A stretch of DNA of 64,000 nucleotides, taken from contig MU059756.1 in NCBI GenBank assembly GCA_013265495.1, positions 18,070,295 through 18,134,294 of the forward strand, in the 5' to 3' direction. The position numbers and the translations under genes were made by a program. The notes beneath the pieces are model-generated. The model ran no database searches, was not told the origin of the DNA, and worked only from the letters and a program-made list of their open reading frames with translations. Source of the DNA: Vicugna vicugna (Eukaryota). Positions within the stretch are counted from its first letter, which is position 1, and each line of letters opens with the position of its first letter. This document shows positions 39,231 through 52,650 of the stretch, piece after piece.

Positions 39231-41321
39231 AACAGCTGGCATCCCCACCCTCGGCCTGGCTTCCTTCCTCAGCTGCAGAAGCCTGGAGGGGTGAGATGGA
39301 ACCTCTGTGCTGGCGCCCCGGGGCTCTCCTCCTCCCGAGCACCGAGCACCGTGGTTTCCAGCACTGAGAGCCTCACTTATCACCTCTTCGTTAAAGCTCC
39401 TGCTCAGCTGGTTGTCCTTAGATTTTAGAGCTGGGTACGTAATTTCTAAAGGTTTCTATAACCAGAATCTAGACAGCTCTCCAGCTCTAACTTTCTTCTA
39501 TAATATGGTTTTTAATGCCTTCCCTTAATACTGATTATATTTCCTTAAAAGCCCTTTATCGCACAATTTCGAAAATTGTCAGGCCCATAATTGTCTATAA
39601 TGATGAACGTTAGAAAGGGACGTTGTGGATTTTTCTTTTTTTAATGTACTAGAAACTCAAATATCCCAACTTAGGGGCATATTTTATTCAAGCTTTGGAA
39701 GAAGGAAACTTTGGCTTTAGCAAAGGACTAAAGTTAGGAGATTCTTAATTTAACTGAAATAGTCTATAAAATCCTATTTACACGGTGGCATAGCAAAAGC
39801 ATTTGTACAGAGCAAAAGCTTCCCAGAAGAGAAATATTTTAATGCAACATATTTTTGTCACCTATATGCCATATAAGGGATTCTGTTTTCTCTTTTCAAC
39901 TTTTATTTCTGTGATTTCATTGCTGTGAAGAGCCTCATAAATCTAGGTCACTACTTCTACACCAACACTCTGTGGCTCCGGAATAGAACATGCAAGTATT
40001 TCATTCGTGTCTCTAGTGTTACAGAATCTACAGATTTCGGCAGACGGTTGATATATACCAAATAAAGTTTTTGTTACAAAATGTAGAAAAATCTTTTCAT
40101 TGGTCCAAAAAGGGATTTTATCTCTGGTATCTCAACAGATGATGCAAACAGTGGGTTCCCTGTAACTTCATTTCAAATGCAAATCCTTACAAGCACCTCC
40201 ATAAACTAACAGTAAGATCAATCTTTCTACCTACAAAATATAAATATCTTTTACTGCTTCATTTGCCTCTCACTTCACGTGATGATGATGATAACAACAA
40301 GAGAGACAGTGAAAGCTGATTCTCTGCTAGGGTCTGTGTTAGAGCAGCAACATTAGATGCAGGCACTATTATCATCCCCCTTTTATAGAAAAAGGAAACT
40401 GATGCCTGGTGGTTAATTTACTTGCTCAAGGTCACAAAGCTAGTAGGTTGCAGCTAGGATTTGAACTTTAGTCACCTGATTCTAAAGCCCATTCTCCTAA
40501 CCATTACTCTATAATTCCGTCAACATGGTACATCCTAGGACATAAAGTTGATATATCAGCCCTGCATTTGTTAACTGTCATCTTCAAAAGGAGAAAAATA
40601 TAACACAATTTTCTGGCGAATGACACTTTACTGATCGAAATAAACTAAGCTGCCTCAGGCTATCTCAGAAATGTTCCTTCACCTGTGCAGGATTTTCTAA
40701 TTTTTTTCCATCCAGATTTGCCCTTTCCCTAATTTATCCTAAATCTTTGTGCCTGACTCAGGTACTTAATCATATTTTCATTTATTTTAGGACTAAGACA
40801 TCTATACAAGTAACTCTCATGCAAAAAAAATAACTACTGTTTGGGCAGAAACTGGATGCTTTATAGCATGCCAAGCCTTGAATATTGTCAATATTCAACA
40901 AACACATGTCAAAAACAAATTAAACCCAGAGAAGAGCTGAGGCCACCACCTGTGTAATAAAATGAACTCCCCTCTCTGCTCAGGCTCTTGGAATAGAAAC
41001 ACTGAGAGAAAACATAGGAATGAAATAGACTAATACTTTTATTATTTTAATGATATAACTAGAGAACAGAGAGGTTAAATGAATGGCCTGAGGTCACACA
41101 GCAGGGACTCGCAGAGGAGATCCCTAGCCCATCACTTCCAGTGAAGCCCATACCTGAGTTATAAATCTGCTGATGGAGCCCATATGCCTTTGGAGATTCA
41201 TTTTCTTCCTTTTATAAAAATAAAGGCTACCAGGTGTGAATATAGAAGCAAAAAGTTCCCATTTCCTTCAATGACCTCAGCAGAGCAGGACAGGAGAGAA
41301 AGTTCATTTTTAAAAACTTAC

Positions 41322-41468
41322 GCTGACAAGCATGATTGTCATCAAGATAGTGCCCTGGGAAGCAGGCGGTGCTGCAGGTGCCAAGGTGGGACAGAACGAA
41401 GCCGGTGTCACAGGAGGAGCAGGAGAAGGGTCCTCTGCCCTGGCAGGTTCTGCAGGAGGAGTGACATT
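41322..41468 (-). CDS. FRAS1: FRAS1 exon ~22, FU repeat (K)CHSSCRTCQGRGPFSCSSCDTGFVLSHLGTCSTACFPGHYLDDNHACQ
   Basis: Acceptor ctctgcag|AA, donor CAGC|gtaagt; 147 nt, phase 1-1, 8 Cys. It follows a 220-nt intron. Confidence 0.95.
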
Positions 41469-41688
41469 CTGCAGAGGGAAGAGACGCAAAGAGAACCTGT
41501 GAAGCCAAACCCCCTTCCAAAGCTGTTAATAAAAGTGCCAGCGCAGAGAGCATTCGCTGGTCTGCTTTCTGGCCCCACAGTGTGCTTCCTGCCCTCTCTC
41601 TCGCCTGGGAAGTTCAAGCCTTCTCCACTATTGCCTCCAAGAGAAGCTCAAGACGCACCACCGGCTCCTGCGTCCAGCACTTACTCAC

Positions 41689-41841
41689 TTTGACAAGCTC
41701 CCCTCTCTGCGTAGTATCCAGAAGGGCAGTCGGGAACACAGCGGTCCCCCAGCAGCAGGTACCGGGCGTTCTGGCACCGCAGGCAGACGCTCCCGGTGTT
41801 GCGGAGATCGGCTGCACAGTGCTGGCACAGAGGATGGCAGT
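41689..41841 (-). CDS. FRAS1: FRAS1 exon ~21, FU repeat (D)CHPLCQHCAADLRNTGSVCLRCQNARYLLLGDRCVPDCPSGYYAERGACQ
   Basis: Acceptor ctctccag|AC, donor CAAA|gtgagt; 153 nt, phase 1-1, 8 Cys. Confidence 0.95.
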
Positions 41842-43888
41842 CTGGAGAGGGAGGGGGTCACAGAGAAGGCACAGCGCTCATCACGACACCGAAGGGTAAA
41901 CGGGATTGTAATTACCACTGCTGCAGCACCGACAGCCGGAGAGTGGCCCAGAGGCAGTGTGCAGCAGTAAAGCAGAAGCCTGGGACCTGTACAAATTGTG
42001 TGTTTGAGGATTTTAGCAAATGACTGGGCCCAGCACAGCAATTGAATTTTCATCCCTTTCCAACTGAACAACCTTCAAGTTCTAGGGCAGCCTGTGACAG
42101 ATACTCGCCAGGGGCATGGAGAGAACTGTTAGATAACAGGAACACTTCATCATATCAACATATCCCCAAGACCTCTACGAACTCAAGCACAGCATGGCCC
42201 CCCTCCACACAGCTCCTGAGCTGTGCTCAGCACCCTCCCGAGCTCCTCCTCACAAACGTGGCCTTCCAGAGTCAGGATACCAATCTCAGGCGTTGGTATG
42301 GGGGGATTAGGACTGGTCGATAGGTGAATTGGTGGAAAATTTTAGTCACTAACCAGAGATAAAAGTTACAAAAAAGAGTTGAGTTGAAAGTCATGTTCAT
42401 GACTTGATTCCTGGTTCATAGCAGATGCTGTACCAGTTGTGAGTAAAGCTATAGGACTAATTATCTGGGACGGCCAGAATTGCCTCTTATTCTTGCCCAT
42501 ATAATAGGCATCCTTTAGTTAAATAACATGATTGTGTTCAGCTCCCACGATAAGTGAAAATGCCCTCTGTCCTACCTTAAGTGGTAATTATCCTTCAAAT
42601 CCCATTTACCACCCTCCATCCCAAAGGTGGAAGAAAATCCACAAATCCTGAATTACCCACCAAAATGAAAAAGGAGTAAAGGCCTAGGAAATAAAGAAGA
42701 AAGAGCTCTGGTTATAGGACCTGTCCATCTTCCTCCTTAGGATTCAAAGCACTGTTTACGGCTGCTAATGCACCACTCAGCAACCGGGTATGTCTTGTTT
42801 CATCTCAAAGTCTTGTAGATCGGGATTGTGAATTCTAGCGATGTTTAGACTAAAAAAATCCTTGTCAATAAAACAGATTGCCTGTCTCCTGAAATCTGTG
42901 GAAGCAAGTCTTTCTCTCTATACCCTCAGTGATACACTTTCTTAATGGTTGATCATCTGAGATGCATTCCTTGCCAAAGAAGAGATTGTAGTCCCATTCC
43001 CGGCACCCACTCATCCGCACGAGAAGTCTTTCTGGGACCTCTGCAGCCACTCCAGAAGCTGAACACAGAATGTCCTCCTCAAAAATGCTGACTCTTCTAG
43101 CAGTACACAGACGAAGAGCCCCTGACCTCTCTCTGAACTTTGGGAGTTTCAGATTACAGGCAGCCTTTTGCCAATATTAGGAACAATTCTTGATACCCTC
43201 GGAGGCAAACTAATCCCATTATAGCCCTTCAGTAAATTCTACAGGAAATGATGGCTGTGCTGAGAGAAATCTGATAAGGAGGCTATTTCCCCCTGACTTA
43301 GTGTATGGTTTCCACACAAGGCCAACCTTTTTGTTTTCTTTTTCCCGGGCTCCCCCCACAGTGCCAGGAGCACTTCAAAAGTTCTGGAGCAAATGGCGGA
43401 GACCCTGCTTTATGATAACCTTAATGAGTGGGTACATGTCAGGACTGGAAATCAGGGAAACATTCCTGATTCAAGGCTCCATTATTTGAAAAGTCATGGC
43501 CTCTTCCTCTGTAAAGCAAGTGCTTACAGAGAGTTCTGGGCTCAGGCATGCATCAGCAAGACCTGCAGGTGTTCAGTGGTCTAAAAACTACTTGCATCTA
43601 ACTGAGGCTGGCTCTACTGTACAATTAGAGAAATGAAAAAGAATAATCACCAAGGGGATGCTTTGAAGAGAAAGTAAGCCGACCTCAGGTGTACTTTGTG
43701 GGTACAATAAATTAATATTTATGGATCTGTCTGATCCTGGGGATGTCTAGAAGCTGTTTAAGAGAAGAGTGTGATGCGTATTAATTACTCCTCCAGGAAG
43801 CTGGGCGAGGTTACAGACGCTCCCTCCAGCTCTCAGGGCAGCTGCTCTGGAACCCTTGCTCTGCCCCCCGCCCCCACGCCAGCATCAG

Positions 43889-43904
43889 CCCACCCTGCCC
43901 GCCC
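43889..43904 (-). other. Canonical G-quadruplex motif GGGCGGGCAGGGTGGG (loops 1-2-1)
   Basis: + strand reads cccaccctgcccgccc, inside a C-rich tract at 43863-43920. Confidence 0.75.
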
Positions 43905-44509
43905 TCCTCCTCCTCCCCCCAGGGTAGTTCACCTTCTCCTTGATTCAGCTCACTGGGCACGAGCACCTTCGATTCTTTCCTGTTGACCAGTTTTATTTCA
44001 TTACATCTCCCCTCACAGGATGAAATGGCCAATTTCCCCACCACATTTTTTGATCTATTTTTCCACATTATTTGAACATTATTGCCCTTTTATGCCCACC
44101 TCTCGTCATTCTCCTTGACCTCAACTTCCCCCCAAAGCTTTTCTCTACAACCACCCCATCTCTTGTCTTCCCTTCACCCCGCAACTCCTCATCTCACTGG
44201 CATCAGACAACTTCTTAGCAACCTAATCTAATGGCCTCCTCTAACGTCTAACCCACCTGGAGTCTCTGCAGTACTTTGGATCACCCCTCCTCCTCGACCT
44301 CCTTTCCCCTCCATGCTTTACCCTGGGGCTCCTCTTGGTCATTCTCTGCCTCTGATTGCCTGATAAACATAGAAATTCCTCGCAGCCCTCAACTTCTTCT
44401 GTCCTCCTAGCCAAGTCTCATTCTCTGGAGGCCTTAAACCAGGCGTGGCTGTGTGCGTCCTTTTGGTATACACCTACCAGAAGCCAGTAGAAAGGACTCA
44501 AAAGTTGCA

Positions 44510-45262
44510 GAGAGAGGGGATGTAAACTGATACAACCACTTTGGAAAACAGCATGGAATCTCCTCAGAAAAATTAAAAATAGAACTACCATTCAATCCAG
44601 CAATTCCACTTCCAGGGATCTTTCTGAAGAAAACAAAAACACTAATTGGAANNNNNNNNNNNNNNNNNNNNNNNNNNNNNNNNNNNNNNNNNNNNNNNNN
44701 NNNNNNNNNNNNNNNNNNNNNNNNNNNNNNNNNNNNNNNNNNNNNNNNNNNNNNNNNNNNNNNNNNNNNNNNNNNNNNNNNNNNNNNNNNNNNNNNNNNN
44801 NNNAAGTCTTGTCATTTGCAACAACAATGGATGAACCTTGACAGTATTATGCTAAGCGAAATAGGTCAGATAGAGAAAGACAAATGCCATATGACTTCAC
44901 CTACATGCGGAATCTAAAAAGCAAAGCAAATGAACAAACATAAAACAGAAACAAGAGTCACAGAACAAATAGGCAGTTGCCAGAGGGGAAGGGGTTAGAA
45001 GGGATGAGTGAAATAGGTGAGGGAGATTAAGAGGCACAAACTTCCAGTAACAAAATAAGTGAGCCATGGGGCTGAAATGTACAGCATGGGGAACACAGTC
45101 AATAACACTGTAATAACTTTGTATGGTGACAGATGGTAAGTAGACTTATCATGGCGATCATTTTGTAATGAACAGAAATATCGAATCATTATGTTGTACA
45201 ACAGGAACTAACACAGTGTTGTAGGTCAATTATACTTCAGTAAAAAAACAAAAAAAACAAAA
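44510..45262 (+). mobile_element. Laurasiatherian L1 3' end (partly N-masked) with A-rich tail
   Basis: 'caaccactttggaaaacagcatgg...aaaaatagaactaccattcaatccagcaattccacttc' through 'gtaggtcaattatacttcagtaaaaaaac'. Confidence 0.9.
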
Positions 45263-48200
45263 GAGAGAGCTGCCAAGACTCCAAAATCACTCAAGGCCTA
45301 TGCCTTGCTCCATGGTTCTGTATGAAGCCTTAAGGAGGCATCGGATCAATCACTGGACATAGCACACTGAATGATGGAGTAAGTACCCAGAGGCAAGGAG
45401 AAATCAATAAATGATACCTGAAAATATAAAACAATCAGTGTGATGCGGGTTGCCCCAAGCATCACATTAATCCAAGTTAGTTTATAGTTTCACATTACAC
45501 ACAAGACTATAACTACTCAAATCTGGAAAGTTGGGCTCTTTTTGTTCACTACCTGTATTCATCCCTTATTCATTCATCCATGGTTTAAAAAGTCATACTG
45601 AGCACCCAATCCTATGAACAGAATCATTCCAAAACAGCAATCTGTGTGGGTCTCGTGTTAACACCCTCATGCAAACCTCCCTTCCCAACTCTGTCTTATA
45701 CAAGCCCCCAACAGAAGGCCACTTGAAACCAATATGCTCTCAAATCTTGCTCTGAAGTCAACCTGAAGGTTGACTGACTTTTATTAAACCAACCAGAAAA
45801 GAAAAATAAATTCCTAAAACCTAGGAAATACCTTTATCTTAAGAAGTTGAAGCCAGAATCTCTTTGTTGGAGAGAATTCCTTGGGAGAGCTCAAAATGAG
45901 GAATGATGTGCAGGGTAAGAAGCCAGACATCAGAGCAACAGGGCTTGAGGATTAATCTCAGTGTCTGACTTAATCAGAAAAGCACAGTTCCCGAGGGCAG
46001 GCTACAGAACCCAGGTGTGATGGACCACAGGTGGCCGGTACCCGGGGCACCACCTGTAAGCAAGCTTCAGGCTCAAGCCCAGGTGGCCACTCTGATCTTC
46101 TGCACAGACAGAGGCTGACTGGGGCTCAAAAATGGGAGCTTAAGGTTTTATTGTTCTGACTACAAAGTGAGCCATGGAAAAAATACAAAACATTTTTTTT
46201 TACAGAGTATACATAAACATAAAAATCACCCTAAGTAGGCCTTTCAGACTTTTTTTCTTTTAGTCCTTCTATACAATTTTACACATATAGATTTTTTACA
46301 TAGATGAGATTATATTAAATGTTGTCACATGATAACTTTTTCATGTAGTTAGGAGCACTGACCTGGACAGAGGTGAGAGGGCTTGGAAAGGGTCTCAAGA
46401 AGAGGAAAAAAACAGCAAGAACCCAGAAGCCCAACAGAACGGGATGCCCAACTGAAAAAAGTTCATATGACTGGATCTTGAAGAACATACAAAAGAGCCA
46501 CTCAGGACCTGGCTGTGCTGGTTTTGGAATACCTTGTAAGTCATGAGAGAGTATGGGTTTATCCTAATGGCCATTGGGAATCGGTTTGCCTAACTGTACG
46601 TGTTCTTCGCCAGTCTATCTACTGAGGTCTCTATTTTTATTACAGATTTAAATGAGAAATTGTTGTATGAAAGTGACTAGAGATGGCAGAAGACGTTAAA
46701 ACCACAGCAAAGAACCAACAATCCAAGAAAACTCTGACACACAGCAGTTTTCAATGTGAACTTTGCTGGAGAGAGGAGAGGAGTCACCACTCTTCTCTCC
46801 CCTTCCCACTTCTGACATGTTCACAGAAGACCCTTCACTGTTGAGAACATCCCATGCTGAACTGTTTTCAAGAGGCTGATGTTAGAGAAGGCAGATTAGG
46901 AAAACTAACAATCCTATAGTGTAAGTATACGAAAGCTGTCGTGACCAGGATTGGAGCTCTCAGGTGTCCCTGGAGAAGGAAGACCACACCAGTGGTTTGT
47001 CTCTCAGGTGTGACCAGGAAAGACCTTTACGCCAACTGTCAGCTTCCAAAATGCCCTTAAAGTTTAAATTAAAAAATTTGACTGAATCAGCAGTACCTTG
47101 TAGGGACCCCTTCCCTATTGGTTAAATGAAAGAAAAAAATTACTGGAGTCAAAATACTAGGAAACGGTAGGCCCATGACAAGGTCAACCTGGGCTGCACC
47201 ACCTGGCTTTCAAAATGCACTTCAGGCCACAAGGAGCAGGGCGCTACTTGGCTGTGTGTGTGGCAATTCACAACTGCCTTGTCAGTACAATTTGAGATAA
47301 TGAAGAGGGAAATACCCCATGGCCAGCCAGATGTATTAATTATACAATCTAAACATAATTAAGAGGTGGTACGAGCTCATCTCCAGGCACTGCAGGAGGT
47401 GACTACGCGTCCCAGGGACCTGCTATGACACCAGCCACTTCACGCACAGTAAAACCTAGGGGCATGTTTCCTAAGAAATAAGCTGATTTGGAGGCAAGTC
47501 TTGAATTCTTCTTGGTAGGTGGTGACCATCTGGGAAATGCTGGACCCACACTGCAGGAGCAAAAGTGTCAGAAACAGTGTCCTTAAAGTGCCAGTATTCC
47601 CAGAGAGGCCAACAAACCAGAGTGAATTCCCCTGTCATCCTTCTCACCCCACCTTCCACTCTCACTCCTCCCCGCAGGTGATATTTGGAATAATTTCACA
47701 GGATATATGAGAGGAAGCTTACACTGTCACTGCTTAATTTGTACCAGGACCGCGTTACTAAAATAGGAGAATTGAGATTCCAACCCACCAATCTAGCGGC
47801 CTCTGCGAGGATTAACGGCCCGTCCTAAACGTCCCATCTGTGCGGTCTAAGGCGTTTGCATCTGACCTGCCTGTCTGTAATCAAAAAAGCAGACTAGCCT
47901 CAAATATGTCTAAATGGGGGGGGTGTGCATCCATTAATTGCTTAAAAACAGTGCCTGTCCTGGAGGCCGTCTCTCAGAGTCCTCCCACAGCGGCTCAGTA
48001 AGTCAGTCCTCATCTGACACTACTTCGATTACAGTAAAGAGTCTTTAAATAAAAGACTCATTAGGGGTGACAAGGAGAGGAGAGAGACCCGGGATACATT
48101 TAGATTTAGCCTGTTTCAGATCCCTGCTAAATAATAAGCAAGTGGGGTGGGTGGGGGTGCACTGATGGAATTCCAGTTGTTTGTCTAAACGCCTGCTTAC

Positions 48201-49709
48201 TAATTCACTGCTTACCCGGTGAATTAGCACTTTAACCAAACAGATGAATGGACACACATAAGGGAGACTGGAAATGGAGTATCAGCTCAAGCTGGAATAA
48301 ATACATTTCTTGTTTGTAAGCAAGCAGAGGGTTCCAATATGCACAGCATGCACATGGGCTAAAAATTTAAATACCTAAAAAAAATTAATGTTTTGATTCA
48401 GCAGCTGCAATATCCTCTCGTATGTCGCCCCATAGCTGTGAGGAAATCATATGTGGTCATCACTGTGTGAGGCTTTCTTCAAATCACAAAGGCTCTGCTT
48501 CGAGGATCAGTGAGGATTACCCGCAATCATGATGGATGGAAGCACACGGCAGTGAAATGACTTATTTCATGTCTTTGGAGCAAAGTCAAAAAAGCTTGAA
48601 GATATTACAGTAAATGTGCACTGTTGAAGCAATGGCTTTGGATGTTGGTTTTATGGGGCAGTGACTCCTTAGCTGGTAAATAATGATCTATAAAGACAAA
48701 TTTAGACACAGTGAGATTTGTAATAATGTCCTGTCAGTCGATTAGGTCCTTAATGCAACCACATTTAGTGTGTTTGGAAGCTGTTAAAATAATTTGCACT
48801 TGTAGCTGTTCCTTGTCAGGCCAAAAAGAAATCATTTCATGCTGAAGCTCAGTGTCCTTAAAGTGTGTATAGAATCTGAAGTCTGATGCCACTTTTGAAA
48901 CTGATGGGGTTGGACTTGGGAGATAAGTACAGCAGGAAGCCAGAAAATAACATACGGTGGCAAAGAAGCAGCAGCCTCCTCTCTTCCTCTTTCAATCATT
49001 ACTTGAGTCCTAGCCCAGCTACGAGCTCTTACAAATCAGGCGCTCTTTTTATTAGCGGCCCTAGAACTTCCCCTTTTTTCAGTGTCTGTGGCTATTGTTT
49101 TATCCTGAAAAAGACAACCAACAACAACAACAAAGACAACAGACTGACCTTAACGTTAAAGGACAGTGATTTCCACCCAGTGCTGACAAACTTACAAATG
49201 GGGTGAGAAGCCTGCGGTAGGACCCCCGGCGACAGACAGGTCGGAAGGAGGGGGTGAGAGGTGGTGTCAGATATGAGAGCAAAGCCCGCTCCGCAGCTCT
49301 GGTGCCAGTTCTTGCTGCCAACGAGGGGATGTAAGCACCGCTCCTGCCCAGGTAGCCTGATGCCTTGTGCCTGGCCTCCCATCGGTTTATGTTTTACTCT
49401 TGCCTTACCTCAAAGCCAGAAAAGCTTTCACTTTCATTAATGTTTCTGGAAGGCGAGCTGGGTGTGAGGCACTGTGGAAGTTACTGCAGGAGACGGAGCA
49501 TTGAGTCAGAGGCAGATTTCTCTCAGGTGCTTGTGATAAGGTCCAATGTCAGAAGAATGCCACACTTAAAATGCAATTGGTGTCTGAGGAGGACCAGAGA
49601 GTATTTTATCCAAAGGGAGTAAGAAGGCCTGGAACCTTGCCAGATGTGGCAGTGACTGGACTGTGGAATAGCGGTAGGAAGGGAGCAGGTGTAACTCAAT
49701 TTTGAATTA

Positions 49710-49928
49710 CAGGTGACCCTTGAACAATGCAGGGCTTAATATGAGTATAACTTACAACTTATGCGAGTACAACTTATAACTTACAACTTACAACTTATCC
49801 ACTGTTCCATGGCATTCTCGGACTCAACTAAGCGCGGACTGTGTAGTTCTGTAGTATTTACTTGTGAAAAATAGCTGCATATAAGTGGATCCACGCCATT
49901 CAGACCCCCATTGCTCAAGGGTCAACTG
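49710..49928 (+). mobile_element. Tigger2a-type MITE inserted in an L2 region
   Basis: TIRs 'caggtgacccttgaacaa' and 'ttgctcaagggtcaactg' with TA on both sides. Internal (ACTTAC/TA)n duplication at about 49745-49798. Confidence 0.88.
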
Positions 49929-50484
49929 TACTCATGTTGAATTACACTGATTGAAAAATCAGTGGTGGATGCACAAGAGAGTCAGGAGAAGGAAGGAAAT
50001 GACCTGATGGGGAGGGGTGAGGAGGGTTTCTTTATTAGAGTTTTTTGAGTATGTTGTTCCTGTGGATCAGATGTTCAGAAGGTAGACAGACAAAAAGAGA
50101 GCCTGGAGCTGATCATCACGTGTGCACTTGAGATGGACTCTAAGGAGGAAACAGAAATGAGGACTGTATTAAGACACTAAGGTCCTAGAGGAAAGAGGGC
50201 CAGGTGGGAAGGAGAGGAAAACTTAAAGAGGAAAGTAGGGGATGAAATGAGAAGCCAGAATAGGAAATGACTGATGGGCAGAACCCGCTCTTGAAGGTGA
50301 CGGGGCAGATGGGTCACAGATGGAGGGATTCCCTGGACCAAGGTGAGGGAGCTCCTTTCTCAAAGGAAGGAATGAGGAAAAAGGTATCTGGAAGAAGACA
50401 AAGAGACATTTTGAGGAGAAAAGATGAGAGTTTTACTGTTGTTTTATCTGATTATGTTAATCTTCTAAACAAAAAGGAAAGCAA

Positions 50485-50646
50485 ACCACAGGACCTACTG
50501 TATAGCACAGGGAACTATAATCAATGACTTGTCATAACCCATAATAAAAAAGAATATGAAAAAGAATATATGTGTATAACTGAATCACTATGCTGTACAC
50601 CAGAAACTAACACAACACTGTAAATCAACTATACCTCAATTAAAAG
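50485..50646 (+). mobile_element. Short cetartiodactyl-type L1 3' end
   Basis: 'ggacctactgtatagcacagggaactata...gctgtacaccagaaactaacacaacactgtaaatcaactatacctcaattaaaa'. Confidence 0.88.
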
Positions 50647-52325
50647 AGCAAAGTCATCAGCTGATTGGAGTGAGAGCTGAGATGAAGTAAAGTGTGGCGA
50701 GTGCATACGGAAAGCCCATGATGGGCGAGGTGACAAAGCATCAAAAAGAACTGTAAATAATACGAATGATGGGGGGCAGAGAAGGTCTGCAGGTTGATGG
50801 CACAGTGTTCACACGTGTTTCCTCTGACGTAGCACTGCTTCAAAGCCCAGCTCTACTGCTCACTAGCTGTGAAACATTGGGTAACCCCGTTAACGTCTCG
50901 CATCTCAGTCTCTTGGGCTGTAAGACAGAAGTGCTACTAATCATAGGACCGACCTCCCAGGGCTGCAGTCCGGATTAAATGAGACCGTGTATGGGAGGAG
51001 CTGGAACAGAGGAAGTGCTTAGTAAATATCAGTGATTATTTTTTATACACAGGAGACCCAGTCAGAACTGGTATTGATGTTGATGATCAAACTTCCATCT
51101 CAGTCACTATTTTTGCCTATTACATGTAAGCCACAGGGATTTACATGAGTGTAAGAAAAGTAAGTGTAGCCATACCAATTTTGCTATTTTTAGGACTTAA
51201 GAGGACAGCCTGTGAGTCTAAATTCAGTTGTGTTCTTTAAGCATCAACCCTCAAAGCCTTCTTTGCAATTCAGGCCCTGGCCTGCAGTTCTGATGAAGTC
51301 AACAGCCATCCGGACTTCATTGGGAGCCCTGCCAAGTTGAAAACTTGTAAGTAAGGTCATTTCTAAAGCTAGGTAAGATATTGTTTAGTAAAAGTCATGT
51401 AAAGGAGAAAATACAAGTTTTTTTTTAATTTAAGAAGGCCTCGATTTAAGCATATGCCATTTTTTTTTCCTGAAACTAAAAGTTCAGAGAAAAAGAATGC
51501 CTTGAAATATTCAATCATCCTTCAGCAGACAGTGTGGTCCCTTAAATAAAACACAATTCAGAGAACAAGGGAGAGACAATCATTGAAAGTTCCAGAGAGA
51601 GATTGGATATGCAACTCACAGTTCAAGCAATAGGAGACAGGGTGACAGATGAGAAATAAGAGAAGGATGTGCACTGCCAGAAAAAGAAGAGAAGGGAAAT
51701 AAAGAATCAAGTGTTAAAAAAAAAAAGACACAAGAAAATTGAAAAAAAATCTAGAGATAGAAGGATAGGACCAGATGAAGTGGATGGTGAAGAAGAAGAG
51801 GTAAGAAGCAAAAAACGGGTCACACTAAGAAGATGATTGATGTAATTACCGTACGATGCATTAGAAGGGGATGAAAATAGACACCAGGATGCCAGAATCG
51901 AGACATTCCTCTAGCCAACATCTCTCAATCACCATCTATGTGCTACTTAGGCACTGCACTGAGCGTGCTTATTCCCACTTCCGCAGGAAGGATTCTTGGG
52001 ATGATGAAATGAAAAATAAGTGAGAAGATGCTTTAAAATTATAAAATTCCAAAAACACACCATTAGGGCTATTAACAATAACATGAAAAACAGACTAGTT
52101 CCAGCGGACGCCTTGGAAGTCACGCTTAACTTACCAGGAAGTACATCTATCTCCTGCTGGTTATTGCCCAGATCCACAAAAAGACAGTGGCCTATCAGAT
52201 TAAGTCACACAAACAGAACGGGATGCTATTTCGCCATTAAAAAAGACAATTATGTGAGTTCTTCAATTATTTGCCAACACATGGAAATACACAATTAAAG
52301 TGACACAAGAAATGACAAAGAAATA

Positions 52326-52650
52326 TAGATGTACCTCATTTTACTGCACTCTTGCTTAATTGTGCTTTGCAGATAATTGCGGTTTTTTTACACATTGAAG
52401 GTTTGTGGCAACCCTATGCTATCAATGATGGTTAGAATTTTTTTTAGCAATAAAGTATTTTAAATTAAGGTATGTACATTGTTTTTTAAGACATAAAGCT
52501 ATTGTGCACTTAATAGACTACAATATAGTGTTAGCATAATTTTTATGTGCACTGAGAAATCAAAACAATTCGTGCGACGTGCTTTACTGTGATGATAACT
52601 TTATTGCACTGGTCTGAAACCAAACCCACAACATCTTTAAGGTGTACCTG
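52326..52650 (+). mobile_element. Tigger1-derived MITE
   Basis: Degenerate TIRs 'tagatgtacctcattttactgc' and 'caacatctttaaggtgtacctg' with TA on both sides. Confidence 0.85.
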
